A stretch of 64,000 bases of DNA from Blastocatellia bacterium. Lineage in GTDB: Bacteria > Acidobacteriota > Blastocatellia > UBA7656. The translations under genes were made by a program, and so were the position numbers. This document shows positions 1-7,188 of the stretch, one piece after another. The notes beneath the pieces were generated by a model. That model was given only the letters and a program-made list of their open reading frames with translations, was not told the DNA's origin and made no database searches. Location: assembly GCA_963765495.1 (NCBI GenBank), contig CAVXWP010000009.1, positions 269,653 to 333,652 on the forward strand, in the 5' to 3' direction. The first letter of the stretch is position 1; every line of letters begins with the position of its first letter.

Positions 1-303
1 ATCGCGATTGATCTTTGCCGGGTGCAGATGCAGAAATACGTTTGTGAGCACCCCGAGCGAGCGAGAGCGCGGCGTGGGTTCGTGCTTGACGCGGAAGATC
101 GATTTATAGACCTGAGTCCTGGTCGGGTCTTTGAGGTTCTCAAGCTCTTCCTTGACGTTACCCTTGTTGATCTTCTGCTTGAGCAGTTCCAGGTCTTCCT
201 TAAACCCGGTTTTTTCGTCCACAACTTCGACGCCCGCGACCGGCTTGTCATCAGGCTTTTTGATTTGCGGCTTATCAGGCTTATCAGGCTTATCAGGTTC
301 CAT
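1..303 (-). CDS. Cytochrome b subunit of a bc-type complex, N-terminal fragment running off the window edge (partial). Low-complexity PDKPDK N-terminus.
   Basis: Minus-strand reading frame starting at ATG 303..301 translates MEPDKPDKPDKPQIKKPDDKPVAGVEVVDEKTGFKEDLELLKQKINKGNVKEELENLKDPTRTQVYKSIFRVKHEPTPRSRSLGVLTNVFLHLHPAKINRD with no stop before position 1. It lies immediately downstream of a Rieske gene on the same strand (qcrA-qcrB order). The motif before the first TM region is cytochrome-b-like; the identification is tentative. Confidence 0.5.
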   Translation of the reverse strand, partial: MEPDKPDKPDKPQIKKPDDKPVAGVEVVDEKTGFKEDLELLKQKINKGNVKEELENLKDPTRTQVYKSIFRVKHEPTPRSRSLGVLTNVFLHLHPAKINRD

Positions 304-401
304 ACTTAACTCCCAGATGGCTTATTCGCCCAAAGATTCAGGATGCTTTTTGGCAAGAACAAATACTGCTGGAACAGCAGAGCCGATTTACACCAGTAGA
401 C

Positions 402-1133
402 TTACACCTGCAAGAACGCCCCGGGGTCGTTGAAGTGCGACGTCTCGCCTTTGGGCCATTGGTAGAGATGGCTCGTATCAACGACGATCTGGCCCGACGG
501 GTCAATCTCGACGTGCGCCCGGTCCATGGGCCGGGGCGCGGGCCCCTCGAAGTTTATGCCTTCGCTTGTATAGCCGCTGCCGTGACACGGGCATTTGAAC
601 TTGTTCTCGCTGGGCTTCCAATCAGGTGTGCATCCGAGGTGAGTGCAACGCGCATAGATGACAAAGAGCCGCTCGGCGTTGCGAACGACCCAGACGCGAT
701 AGTCCTGTTGGAATTTGGTGTCTACTCCGAAACCGAAGTCCGAGGGGTAACCGATGCGAAATACAGTACTGGGCTCGAAGAGTGTGCGCGGGAGGAAGAA
801 TCGCAGAAACATCAGGAAGCAGGTGGCAAGAAAACCACCTATAGAAATCCATATGATGCGGCGGCGCACCTTGTTTACGGGGTCCGGGGGCTCGGTCTCG
901 ACCGTTTTGGTCCTGGCACCTGCCGAAGTCCCGACCGCCTTTTGAGCGGGCTTAGCGGGTTTATCTGCGGTTGTTGCCGATGCCTTTGCCGCCGGTACCG
1001 GAGCTTTAGGCTTCACTTCAACCTTTGGCTTTTCTGCTGTTTTCGTCTCGCCTTCAACTGTTGGCGTTGCTACTTGCTTCTCCTCGACCGTCTGGTTTGT
1101 ATCTTGCTCGGTGTCCATGCCGGAGGTCTCCAA
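402..1133 (-). CDS. Rieske [2Fe-2S] iron-sulfur subunit of a cytochrome bc/b6f-type complex, with a long Pro/Lys/Ala-rich N-terminal extension
   Basis: 243 aa ORF with the two Rieske boxes CTHLGC and CPCHGS, one TM helix and an acidic/PK-rich N-terminus. A plausible SD (GGAGACC) lies upstream of the ATG at 1133. Confidence 0.85.
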   Translation of the reverse strand: METSGMDTEQDTNQTVEEKQVATPTVEGETKTAEKPKVEVKPKAPVPAAKASATTADKPAKPAQKAVGTSAGARTKTVETEPPDPVNKVRRRIIWISIGGFLATCFLMFLRFFLPRTLFEPSTVFRIGYPSDFGFGVDTKFQQDYRVWVVRNAERLFVIYARCTHLGCTPDWKPSENKFKCPCHGSGYTSEGINFEGPAPRPMDRAHVEIDPSGQIVVDTSHLYQWPKGETSHFNDPGAFLQV

Positions 1134-1472
1134 AAAGGCGTCTATAAAGACGATTATTACAAAAGTTCTGACCTGAGACGCAAGACGCGCCTCTTCGACC
1201 TATACTGTATGAAACCTGCATACCGACCATTCAACCTTTTCCTACTTTGTCGCTGTGACTTCGATATAATGAATTGCTAAGGCTTGTAACATGCGGCCAT
1301 TACCTTTGTCAAGCAACGCAAAATAGAGAACAGACCTGTATGTTCTGACACGCTTGCCAATGCGTGAGACGTGATGCGTGAAGAGTGATTCGTGACTTTC
1401 AGACAGGCCGCCTGTCAAAGACCTCTCGCAAGCCTGCTTGCGTCGCGGATCACTCTTCACGCATCACTCTTC

Positions 1473-1693
1473 CAGGGCCATTCAGTTTTTGAGTAGCGGA
1501 CAACAGACGGAAGAAATGTTAAAAGTTGTATTCAAGCAAAGGCGAGTTGAAATAGGCCGGGACGGACGCGGATGCGGCGGATTTTCGCGGATCTGACCCA
1601 ATTAGGTTTAATCCGCGAAAATCCGCCGCATCCGCGTCCGTCCCGGCCTATTCCCAGTTTCCTTATCTACACTTTGAAAACTGAATGGCCCTG
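1473..1693. mobile_element. MITE-like non-autonomous element copy 1 (~220 bp; terminal inverted repeats GGGCCATTCAGTTTTTG ... CAAAACTGAATGGCCC; internal ~93-bp perfect hairpin 1556-1648)
   Basis: Same architecture recurs at about 13448-13649, 15548-15750 and 33487-33707. A solo inner hairpin sits at about 21203-21244. This copy is inserted inside a CACGNATCACG-type palindromic unit. Confidence 0.7.
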
Positions 1694-1792
1694 TCACTCT
1701 TCACACATCACTCTTCACGCATCACGCATGCCCTTTTGAGATCGCGGCCCCCGTGCTATAAAGCCTCTGAGCCTCTATCAGGTTATTAACCC

Positions 1793-2737
1793 ATGTCGAA
1801 AATGCGAGAAAAAGCGCCTGAGCCGGGCACTGCCGCTGTGCTGGCGGCTATGGGGTTTGCCGTCATCGCGCTGGCCTTCTCTTCCATATTTATAAGACAA
1901 CTCGACCGGGCCGGAGTCGCTCCCCTAGCAATAGCTTTTCACCGCATGATGCTTGCCACGCTCCTGTTGATCCCGGCGGCGCTCCTGTTCAAGCGGCGCG
2001 AAATCATGAGTCTCAACCGTCGCGATCTTTTTCTGCTCGCTCTGGGAGGCTTCTTTCTTGCCGTCCATTTCGGCGCATGGATCACATCGCTCAGCTATAT
2101 CCCCATAGCCACTTCTGTAGTGCTGGTAAACAGCCATCCGCTCTTTGTAGTCGTTGCGTCTTATCTGTTTCTCGGAGAAAGACCCGGACGCCGCAGCCTG
2201 TTCGGGACGGCCACGGGGCTTGCGGGGATGATAATAATAAGCGGCGACGGGTTGAGGGATGTGCAGCAGGCGCTCGTGGGCGACGCGCTTGCGCTCGTGG
2301 GCGCTCTCGCCGTTGTAGGATATTTCATAATAGGTCGCAGCGTTCGCGCCCGCGTGAGCCTGCTCGGCTATGTCACACCGCTTTACGCCGTCTCGACGGT
2401 CTTCCTGCTGGGATGGGCTCTTGGGACATCCACCCGGCTTTATCCCTACGAGGCTAAAGAGTGGGCTCTGTTTGCGGCGCTTGCCGTGGTGCCGACGATA
2501 CTCGGGCACACCGTCTTCAACTGGGCGATCAAACACGTTCGGGCCTCGGCCATATCAATCGCCTTCTTAGGCGAGCCGGTCATTGCCTCGGCGCTCGCAC
2601 TGGCCTTCTTTGGCGAACGCCCGCCCCTTGCTACCTTTATCGGCGGGGCGCTTGTGCTTGCCGGGATATACCTGACCACGTCTTCTCCAAAATCGGCGCG
2701 CGCGCAATCGGATCGTCTCACCACGGCTACCGAATGA
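1793..2737 (+). CDS. EamA/DMT-family (drug/metabolite) transporter
   Basis: 314 aa, about 10 predicted TM helices, two EamA-like halves. The antisense ORFs overlapping it are judged spurious. Confidence 0.75.
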   Translation: MSKMREKAPEPGTAAVLAAMGFAVIALAFSSIFIRQLDRAGVAPLAIAFHRMMLATLLLIPAALLFKRREIMSLNRRDLFLLALGGFFLAVHFGAWITSLSYIPIATSVVLVNSHPLFVVVASYLFLGERPGRRSLFGTATGLAGMIIISGDGLRDVQQALVGDALALVGALAVVGYFIIGRSVRARVSLLGYVTPLYAVSTVFLLGWALGTSTRLYPYEAKEWALFAALAVVPTILGHTVFNWAIKHVRASAISIAFLGEPVIASALALAFFGERPPLATFIGGALVLAGIYLTTSSPKSARAQSDRLTTATE

Positions 2738-2805
2738 CCCGACGGGGCGCGGGCTATATGCGCCTGCCGTATGCTATTATTGCCCAAACAAAAAAGGAGG
2801 CTAAA

Positions 2806-3000
2806 ATGGCATCTGACAAAGCCGACCTCTCAAAATTGCGAGAGATTTTACACACTGCTATGGTCGAAGTAGAGGTGGCCCTTGATACAAACACCTACCC
2901 GGATTGGGCCGATACCAAAGAGAGCCTGCTCAGAGCAATCGAGATAGTTCGCAAACTTGAACGCGATCAGATGTGGACGATGCTCTCAAAGAAAAAATGA
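2806..3000 (+). CDS. Small hypothetical protein (64 aa), helical, acidic
   Basis: Strong SD AAAAAGGAGG 6-8 nt upstream of the ATG at 2806. It is the downstream part of the listed ORF 2461..3000. No recognisable domain. Confidence 0.5.
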   Translation: MASDKADLSKLREILHTAMVEVEVALDTNTYPDWADTKESLLRAIEIVRKLERDQMWTMLSKKK

Positions 3001-3034
3001 TCCGTTTTTTGATAAAGTGTTTTGCAAACTTCGC

Positions 3035-4615
3035 CTACAGATTAACCTGCTTGACCGAAATCACATCCGTAAGCGCCGTAAGCCCCGCAAGCGCTGCGTC
3101 AGGCATAGACTGGTCAATCTGTATGATCGCAAGCGCCGTTTCGCCTATTTTCTTGCGGCCCAGATACAGACGGCTTATGTTTATGCCGTTCTCGCCGATG
3201 AAAGTCGCTATGCGACCGAGCACGCCCGGCACATCGCGGTTGAAGATGATCAACATGTGCCCTCTCGGGATCGCTTCCAGATTGAATCCGTTTATGCGGA
3301 CTATGCGACCCTGATTGTTACCAAACAGCGCGCCGGCCACCTCGCTTTCGTGGTCGGTTGTGACGGCGCGCACTCTCATCATGCTCGTGAAATCGCGCGC
3401 CCGCCGCGAAGACGATACAGATACCTTTATGCCGCGCTCTTCGGCCACTATTGAAGCGTTGACCATATTGACCCGCTCAATCACCGGACCCAGCAACCCC
3501 GCCAGCACCGCCTGAGTTATCGGCTTGACATCGTGCGCGGTCACTTCGCCGGAATACTCTATATCAATAGCTCGCAGGTCGTGCCCGAAGACCTGCCCCT
3601 GAAAGAATCCTATCTTTTCGCCAAGCGTGATGTAAGGGCCGATGGCAGCGAGCAATTCCCCGCTGACGGCAGGAATATTGACCGCGCCTCGCACCGTCCC
3701 GGTCTTCAGATAATCCAGAACCTGTTCGGATATCATAGTCGCTACGCCGAGTTGAGCTTCCTGCGTAGAAGCCCCGAGATGCGGCGTTGTGATGACCTGA
3801 TCCATCGCAAGCAGCGGGTTATCGGCGGGGGTCGGTTCCTGCTCAAACACATCGAGCGCAGCGCCCGCAACCTGCCCCGAACCGATGGCTTCGGCAAGCG
3901 CCCGCTCTTCAATCAGACCGCCGCGAGCGCAGTTGATTATCCGCACGCCGGGCTTCATCTTTGCAATGGTCGAGGCGTCTATCATCCACCGGGTCGCATC
4001 AGTAAGCGGGGTATGCAGAGTTATGAAATCCGCCTGCGTGAATACCTCGTCAAGCGTGGTCATCTCGATGTCGAGGTCGCGCGCGGCTTCGGGTGTGAAG
4101 TAAGGGTCAAAGGCGACGATGTTCATGCCGAACCCGCGCGCCCGCAAAGCCACGGCAGAGCCTATACGACCCAGGCCGATAATGCCGAGCGTCTTTCCTC
4201 TCAACTCAACGCCCAGAAAACGGGTCTTTTCCCACCTACCCGCTTTCGTCGAAGCAACAGCCTGTGGAATCCGCCGGGCAAGCGACAAAAGCATTGCCAT
4301 CGTATGCTCGGCGGTAGTGACGGTATTTCCCGCTGCGGCATTCATAACGACTATGCCGCGCCGGGTGGCCGCCGCAACGTCTATGTTATCGACTCCGGTT
4401 CCCGCGCGCCCTACAACACGCAACCGAGCGGCGCGCTCGATCAACTCGGCGGTAACTTTTGTCTTGCTACGCACAATCAGCCCGTTGTAATCGCCTATTA
4501 TCTGAGCAATTTCCTCGGCGTTCAAGGAGGGGCGCTCGTCAATTTTCACGCCCTGGGCCTGGCGCAATATCTCGACACCCGTCTCTTCCAACCCATCGCA
4601 AACAAGTATTTTCAT
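3035..4615 (-). CDS. serA: D-3-phosphoglycerate dehydrogenase with C-terminal ACT domain
   Basis: 526 aa; starts MKILVCDGL; 2-hydroxyacid dehydrogenase NAD-binding G-x-G-x-x-G region; C-terminal ACT-like regulatory domain; SD AGGGG upstream. Confidence 0.9.
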   Translation of the reverse strand: MKILVCDGLEETGVEILRQAQGVKIDERPSLNAEEIAQIIGDYNGLIVRSKTKVTAELIERAARLRVVGRAGTGVDNIDVAAATRRGIVVMNAAAGNTVTTAEHTMAMLLSLARRIPQAVASTKAGRWEKTRFLGVELRGKTLGIIGLGRIGSAVALRARGFGMNIVAFDPYFTPEAARDLDIEMTTLDEVFTQADFITLHTPLTDATRWMIDASTIAKMKPGVRIINCARGGLIEERALAEAIGSGQVAGAALDVFEQEPTPADNPLLAMDQVITTPHLGASTQEAQLGVATMISEQVLDYLKTGTVRGAVNIPAVSGELLAAIGPYITLGEKIGFFQGQVFGHDLRAIDIEYSGEVTAHDVKPITQAVLAGLLGPVIERVNMVNASIVAEERGIKVSVSSSRRARDFTSMMRVRAVTTDHESEVAGALFGNNQGRIVRINGFNLEAIPRGHMLIIFNRDVPGVLGRIATFIGENGINISRLYLGRKKIGETALAIIQIDQSMPDAALAGLTALTDVISVKQVNL

Positions 4616-4633
4616 GAATTCTAACCCCTATCG

Positions 4634-4768
4634 GTGAATCGTAATACGTGATGCGTGACCGAACCTGTCAGGTAATCACCGATTGCTGATAATTCTGCTA
4701 TAAGTCACGAATCACGAATCACGGTTCACGTTTCCCGCATCACGCATCGCTCTTCACGAGTCACGGAA
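4634..4768. repeat. Representative unit of a dispersed intergenic palindromic repeat family: [GTGATNCGTGA]n - 40-60 nt spacer containing CCGRACCTGWCAG - [TCACGNATCACG]n
   Basis: Further copies at about 1366-1476 plus 1694-1735 (split by a MITE), 7082-7187, 22594-22693, 25271-25360, 33395-33486 plus 33708-33740 (split by a MITE), 40139-40234, 45585-45700 and 62455-62532. All are intergenic and occur in either orientation. Confidence 0.75.
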
Positions 4769-4843
4769 TTGTACCCGACAGACAGGCACGTCGCCACTCG
4801 AAGCCATAACCTGTGTTATATTAGGCGGCATCGGAGGTGTCTT

Positions 4844-5296
4844 ATGCCGTCAAAGTCGGAGTGTCGAATGGATGTGGTTCTGAAGGTTATCAGCGATCAA
4901 TGGACGCTCAGCATCATCCATAAACTCAGCGACGGACCGCGCCGCACATTGGAGCTTTTCGGCGCATTTACCGGAATGAGCACAAAGACATTGAACGCCC
5001 GTCTCAAGAAACTTGAGCGCGACGGCGTAGTGACGAGAATCTCTTACCCGGCATCGCCGCCGCGAGTCGAGTATTCGCTGACCGAAAAAGGGCGCGAGCT
5101 TATTCCTGTACTCGATGCGATAGCAAGGGTGGCATTCAAGTGGAGCGGGCCGTTTCAAACCGACAAAGCAGAAACGCCGTGCCGCGTGTGCGGCAGCTCT
5201 TACAACAGACTGGCATACGAAGAAAAAGCGTCACCCTCGCCCGAGCCTCCCCCCAGACCCCGGTCCCGCAAACTGACCGACGTGACACTACTTTAG
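4844..5296 (+). CDS. HxlR-family winged-helix transcriptional regulator with an unusual Cys/Pro-rich C-terminal tail
   Basis: HxlR-type HTH (VLKVISDQWTLSIIHKLSDGPRRTLELF...YSLTEKG). A GGAGG SD lies 7 nt before the ATG at 4844, so the listed ORF start at 4769 is probably an N-terminal over-extension. Confidence 0.75.
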   Translation: MPSKSECRMDVVLKVISDQWTLSIIHKLSDGPRRTLELFGAFTGMSTKTLNARLKKLERDGVVTRISYPASPPRVEYSLTEKGRELIPVLDAIARVAFKWSGPFQTDKAETPCRVCGSSYNRLAYEEKASPSPEPPPRPRSRKLTDVTLL

Positions 5297-5419
5297 AGGG
5301 ATGAGGGATGAGGGATGAAAAAGATTCTGGCGCATGATCTTGATTAAAAGCGGCTTGCTGATTATCAGAAGAGTTCCTGAGAGTCCTTTTCATCCCTCAT
5401 CCCTCATCCCTCATCCCTT
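5297..5419. repeat. Heptamer-armed palindromic element: (GGGATGA)3 - ~70 bp conserved spacer - (TCATCCC)3; likely bidirectional terminator between convergent hxlR-like and HD-GYP genes
   Basis: Perfect heptamer arms. The spacer is about 85% identical (in inverted orientation) to the spacer of the second copy at about 51703-51900. Confidence 0.7.
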
Positions 5420-6647
5420 AAGAGAGTTCTTCGATCATTGAATTGAGAATTTCGCTTATTTTGTCGTGGTCAAACCGGATGCCAATGGCTGGAAGCAAGA
5501 CCCGCTCGCGGGTAGTGCCGTCGATCTCTTTTAAGAGCAGGCGGCAAAAGGCTGCTACGATTTTGCCGTCGAATTGCTTGCCGGAACTGCGCCACAGGTC
5601 TTCGAGAGCTTTATCGAGCGCGAGCCGCGAGCGGTAAGGCCGGTCGGTCATCATCGCATCAAACGAGTCGGCCACCGTCACGATTCTTGAGCCTAGCGGA
5701 ATCTCTTCGCCTTTGAGCCCCTGCGGGTATCCCGTGCCGTCTACCTTTTCGTGATGGCATTTCGTCATGTAGGCGATCTCTTGCCACGGGTCGCGTATGT
5801 TGGAAAGTATCTCGTAGCCCGTGGTGACGTGCCTGTTCAACTCGGCAAATTCGCGGTCGGTCAGCGGTCGCGGATTGTTTATGATCGCTTTATCGACGAC
5901 TATCTTTCCTATGTCGTGCAGAAAACCGGCTACGCCGATATATTCCAGATCGCTGCCTGTAATGCCCATCTCGCGCGCGATTGCCTCCGAATATTTTGCC
6001 ACCCGCTCAGAATGGCCTTTAGTATAGGCATCTTTCAAATCAATCGCCGCTCCAAATGCGCGGACCGTGTCGTGATAAATCTGCCGCATATTCCGATACA
6101 TCCGGCGGTTCTCATCCGCGCGGCGTTTCAGCGATACCATTAAACGATGATTATGAAACGCCATCCCTATATGTTGCGAGATGGTGTTTATGATCTCCAG
6201 GTCTTCTGCGTCAAACTCTTCGCGGGTAAATTTTCCGGCCAGGAATATGACCCCGATCAGGTCGCCGCGCACGACCATCGGAATTGCCATATGCGCTTCC
6301 ATCAGATTGAACAGATCACGATTGCGCGAGACAAATTGCGACAGGCCGTTTTGTTCAGCCGCAAGCAGGATGGGATGCGCGTGAGAAGCGAGGCGGGCAA
6401 CATCATCGTCGCCCAAAATGATCTTTCGGCCTGCTGTGTCTTTCATCCCGCGAGCCGCGATTACCTTCAGTTGGCGAGGCTTTTCGCTGAAGCGCGATAT
6501 TGCGCCTCTGGTTATCGCGAGTGTGCCAAGCAAAGTGTACAAAGAAGCCCGGATCACTTCATCGAAATTGTGCGTCGAACTGATTTCGGTTCCCAGCTCT
6601 GTCAGAGCGCCCAGATTGTGCAGTATCTTCCTGGTTTCGAGGCTCAT
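5418..6647 (-). CDS. GAF-domain / HD-GYP domain protein (putative c-di-GMP phosphodiesterase)
   Basis: HD motif (FLHDIGK) and GYP motif (DGTGYPQGL) in the C-terminal half, GAF-like N-terminal half. The ATG at 6647 has SD AGGAGAA; the longer listed start at 6725 is less likely. Confidence 0.8.
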   Translation of the reverse strand: MSLETRKILHNLGALTELGTEISSTHNFDEVIRASLYTLLGTLAITRGAISRFSEKPRQLKVIAARGMKDTAGRKIILGDDDVARLASHAHPILLAAEQNGLSQFVSRNRDLFNLMEAHMAIPMVVRGDLIGVIFLAGKFTREEFDAEDLEIINTISQHIGMAFHNHRLMVSLKRRADENRRMYRNMRQIYHDTVRAFGAAIDLKDAYTKGHSERVAKYSEAIAREMGITGSDLEYIGVAGFLHDIGKIVVDKAIINNPRPLTDREFAELNRHVTTGYEILSNIRDPWQEIAYMTKCHHEKVDGTGYPQGLKGEEIPLGSRIVTVADSFDAMMTDRPYRSRLALDKALEDLWRSSGKQFDGKIVAAFCRLLLKEIDGTTRERVLLPAIGIRFDHDKISEILNSMIEELS

Positions 6648-6694
6648 TCTTGTTCTCCTGAATGGGTGCAGTCTATTTTGCAATTCTCTGCGGA

Positions 6695-7063
6695 TCAAAG
6701 CGCGGCAGGGGCAGCCCTCTCGCACATGCTGGCGAGCGCGCGCTCCTCGGTTTCGGCCATCCTTACGTGCGAGAGCAAACCCAGCATTTCAAAAAGTTCC
6801 CGGTTCGAGTCGTTCAGATTCGAGAGCATCAGCGTCCCGGAAGCTTCGTTGACCGCCTCTATCACGCCGAGCAAAATCGAGATGCCTATGCTGTTGACCA
6901 GTTCCGTCTCTTCGAAATTTATCACCAGATGTCTTACGCCCCGGGCGAGCAATTCCTGGCAACACTGCTCTATGCCTTCGCCCCTGAGCTGGTTCAGATA
7001 GGGACCGGGATAGATTATTCCGACCCCAGATACAAGCCTGGACCCTACTTCAATAGCTTTCAT
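6695..7063 (-). CDS. STAS-domain anti-sigma-factor antagonist (SpoIIAA/RsbV-like)
   Basis: 122 aa; STAS fold signature with the conserved phosphorylatable Ser region (NSIGISIL). Sits between the kinase-fusion gene and the HD-GYP gene on the same strand. Confidence 0.8.
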   Translation of the reverse strand: MKAIEVGSRLVSGVGIIYPGPYLNQLRGEGIEQCCQELLARGVRHLVINFEETELVNSIGISILLGVIEAVNEASGTLMLSNLNDSNRELFEMLGLLSHVRMAETEERALASMCERAAPAAL

Positions 7064-7188
7064 GAAGAATCCCCTGTTGAAAGTGATTCGTGACGAGTGA
7101 GGAGTGACGAGTGACGCAAGCAGGGTGGCAGGTTATCAAAAACCTGCGCCTTGCCCGATAGTCACGCATCGCGCATCACGCATCACTA

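Noticed and set aside
435-1280. Long antisense or alternative-frame ORFs overlapping strong genes. Examples: 435..1280, 1925..2536, 3533..4624, 8137..8820, 14203..15477, 25743..26777, 35407..36135, 42263..42445, 58002..59099, 61608..62186.
   Set aside because: They lie opposite or out of frame to genes with clear domain signatures. They are high-GC frame artefacts rich in Arg/Ala/Gly, and they have no RBS or domain evidence.
5136-5393. Three ORFs beginning MKRTLRN/MKKILTRQ...SLIPHP: 5136..5393 (-), 51795..52097 (+), and the N-terminus of 49207..51873.
   Set aside because: Their similarity comes from translating the same GGGATGA-heptamer palindromic repeat element, not from a shared gene. The first two are treated as spurious and the third as a probable start-site over-extension.
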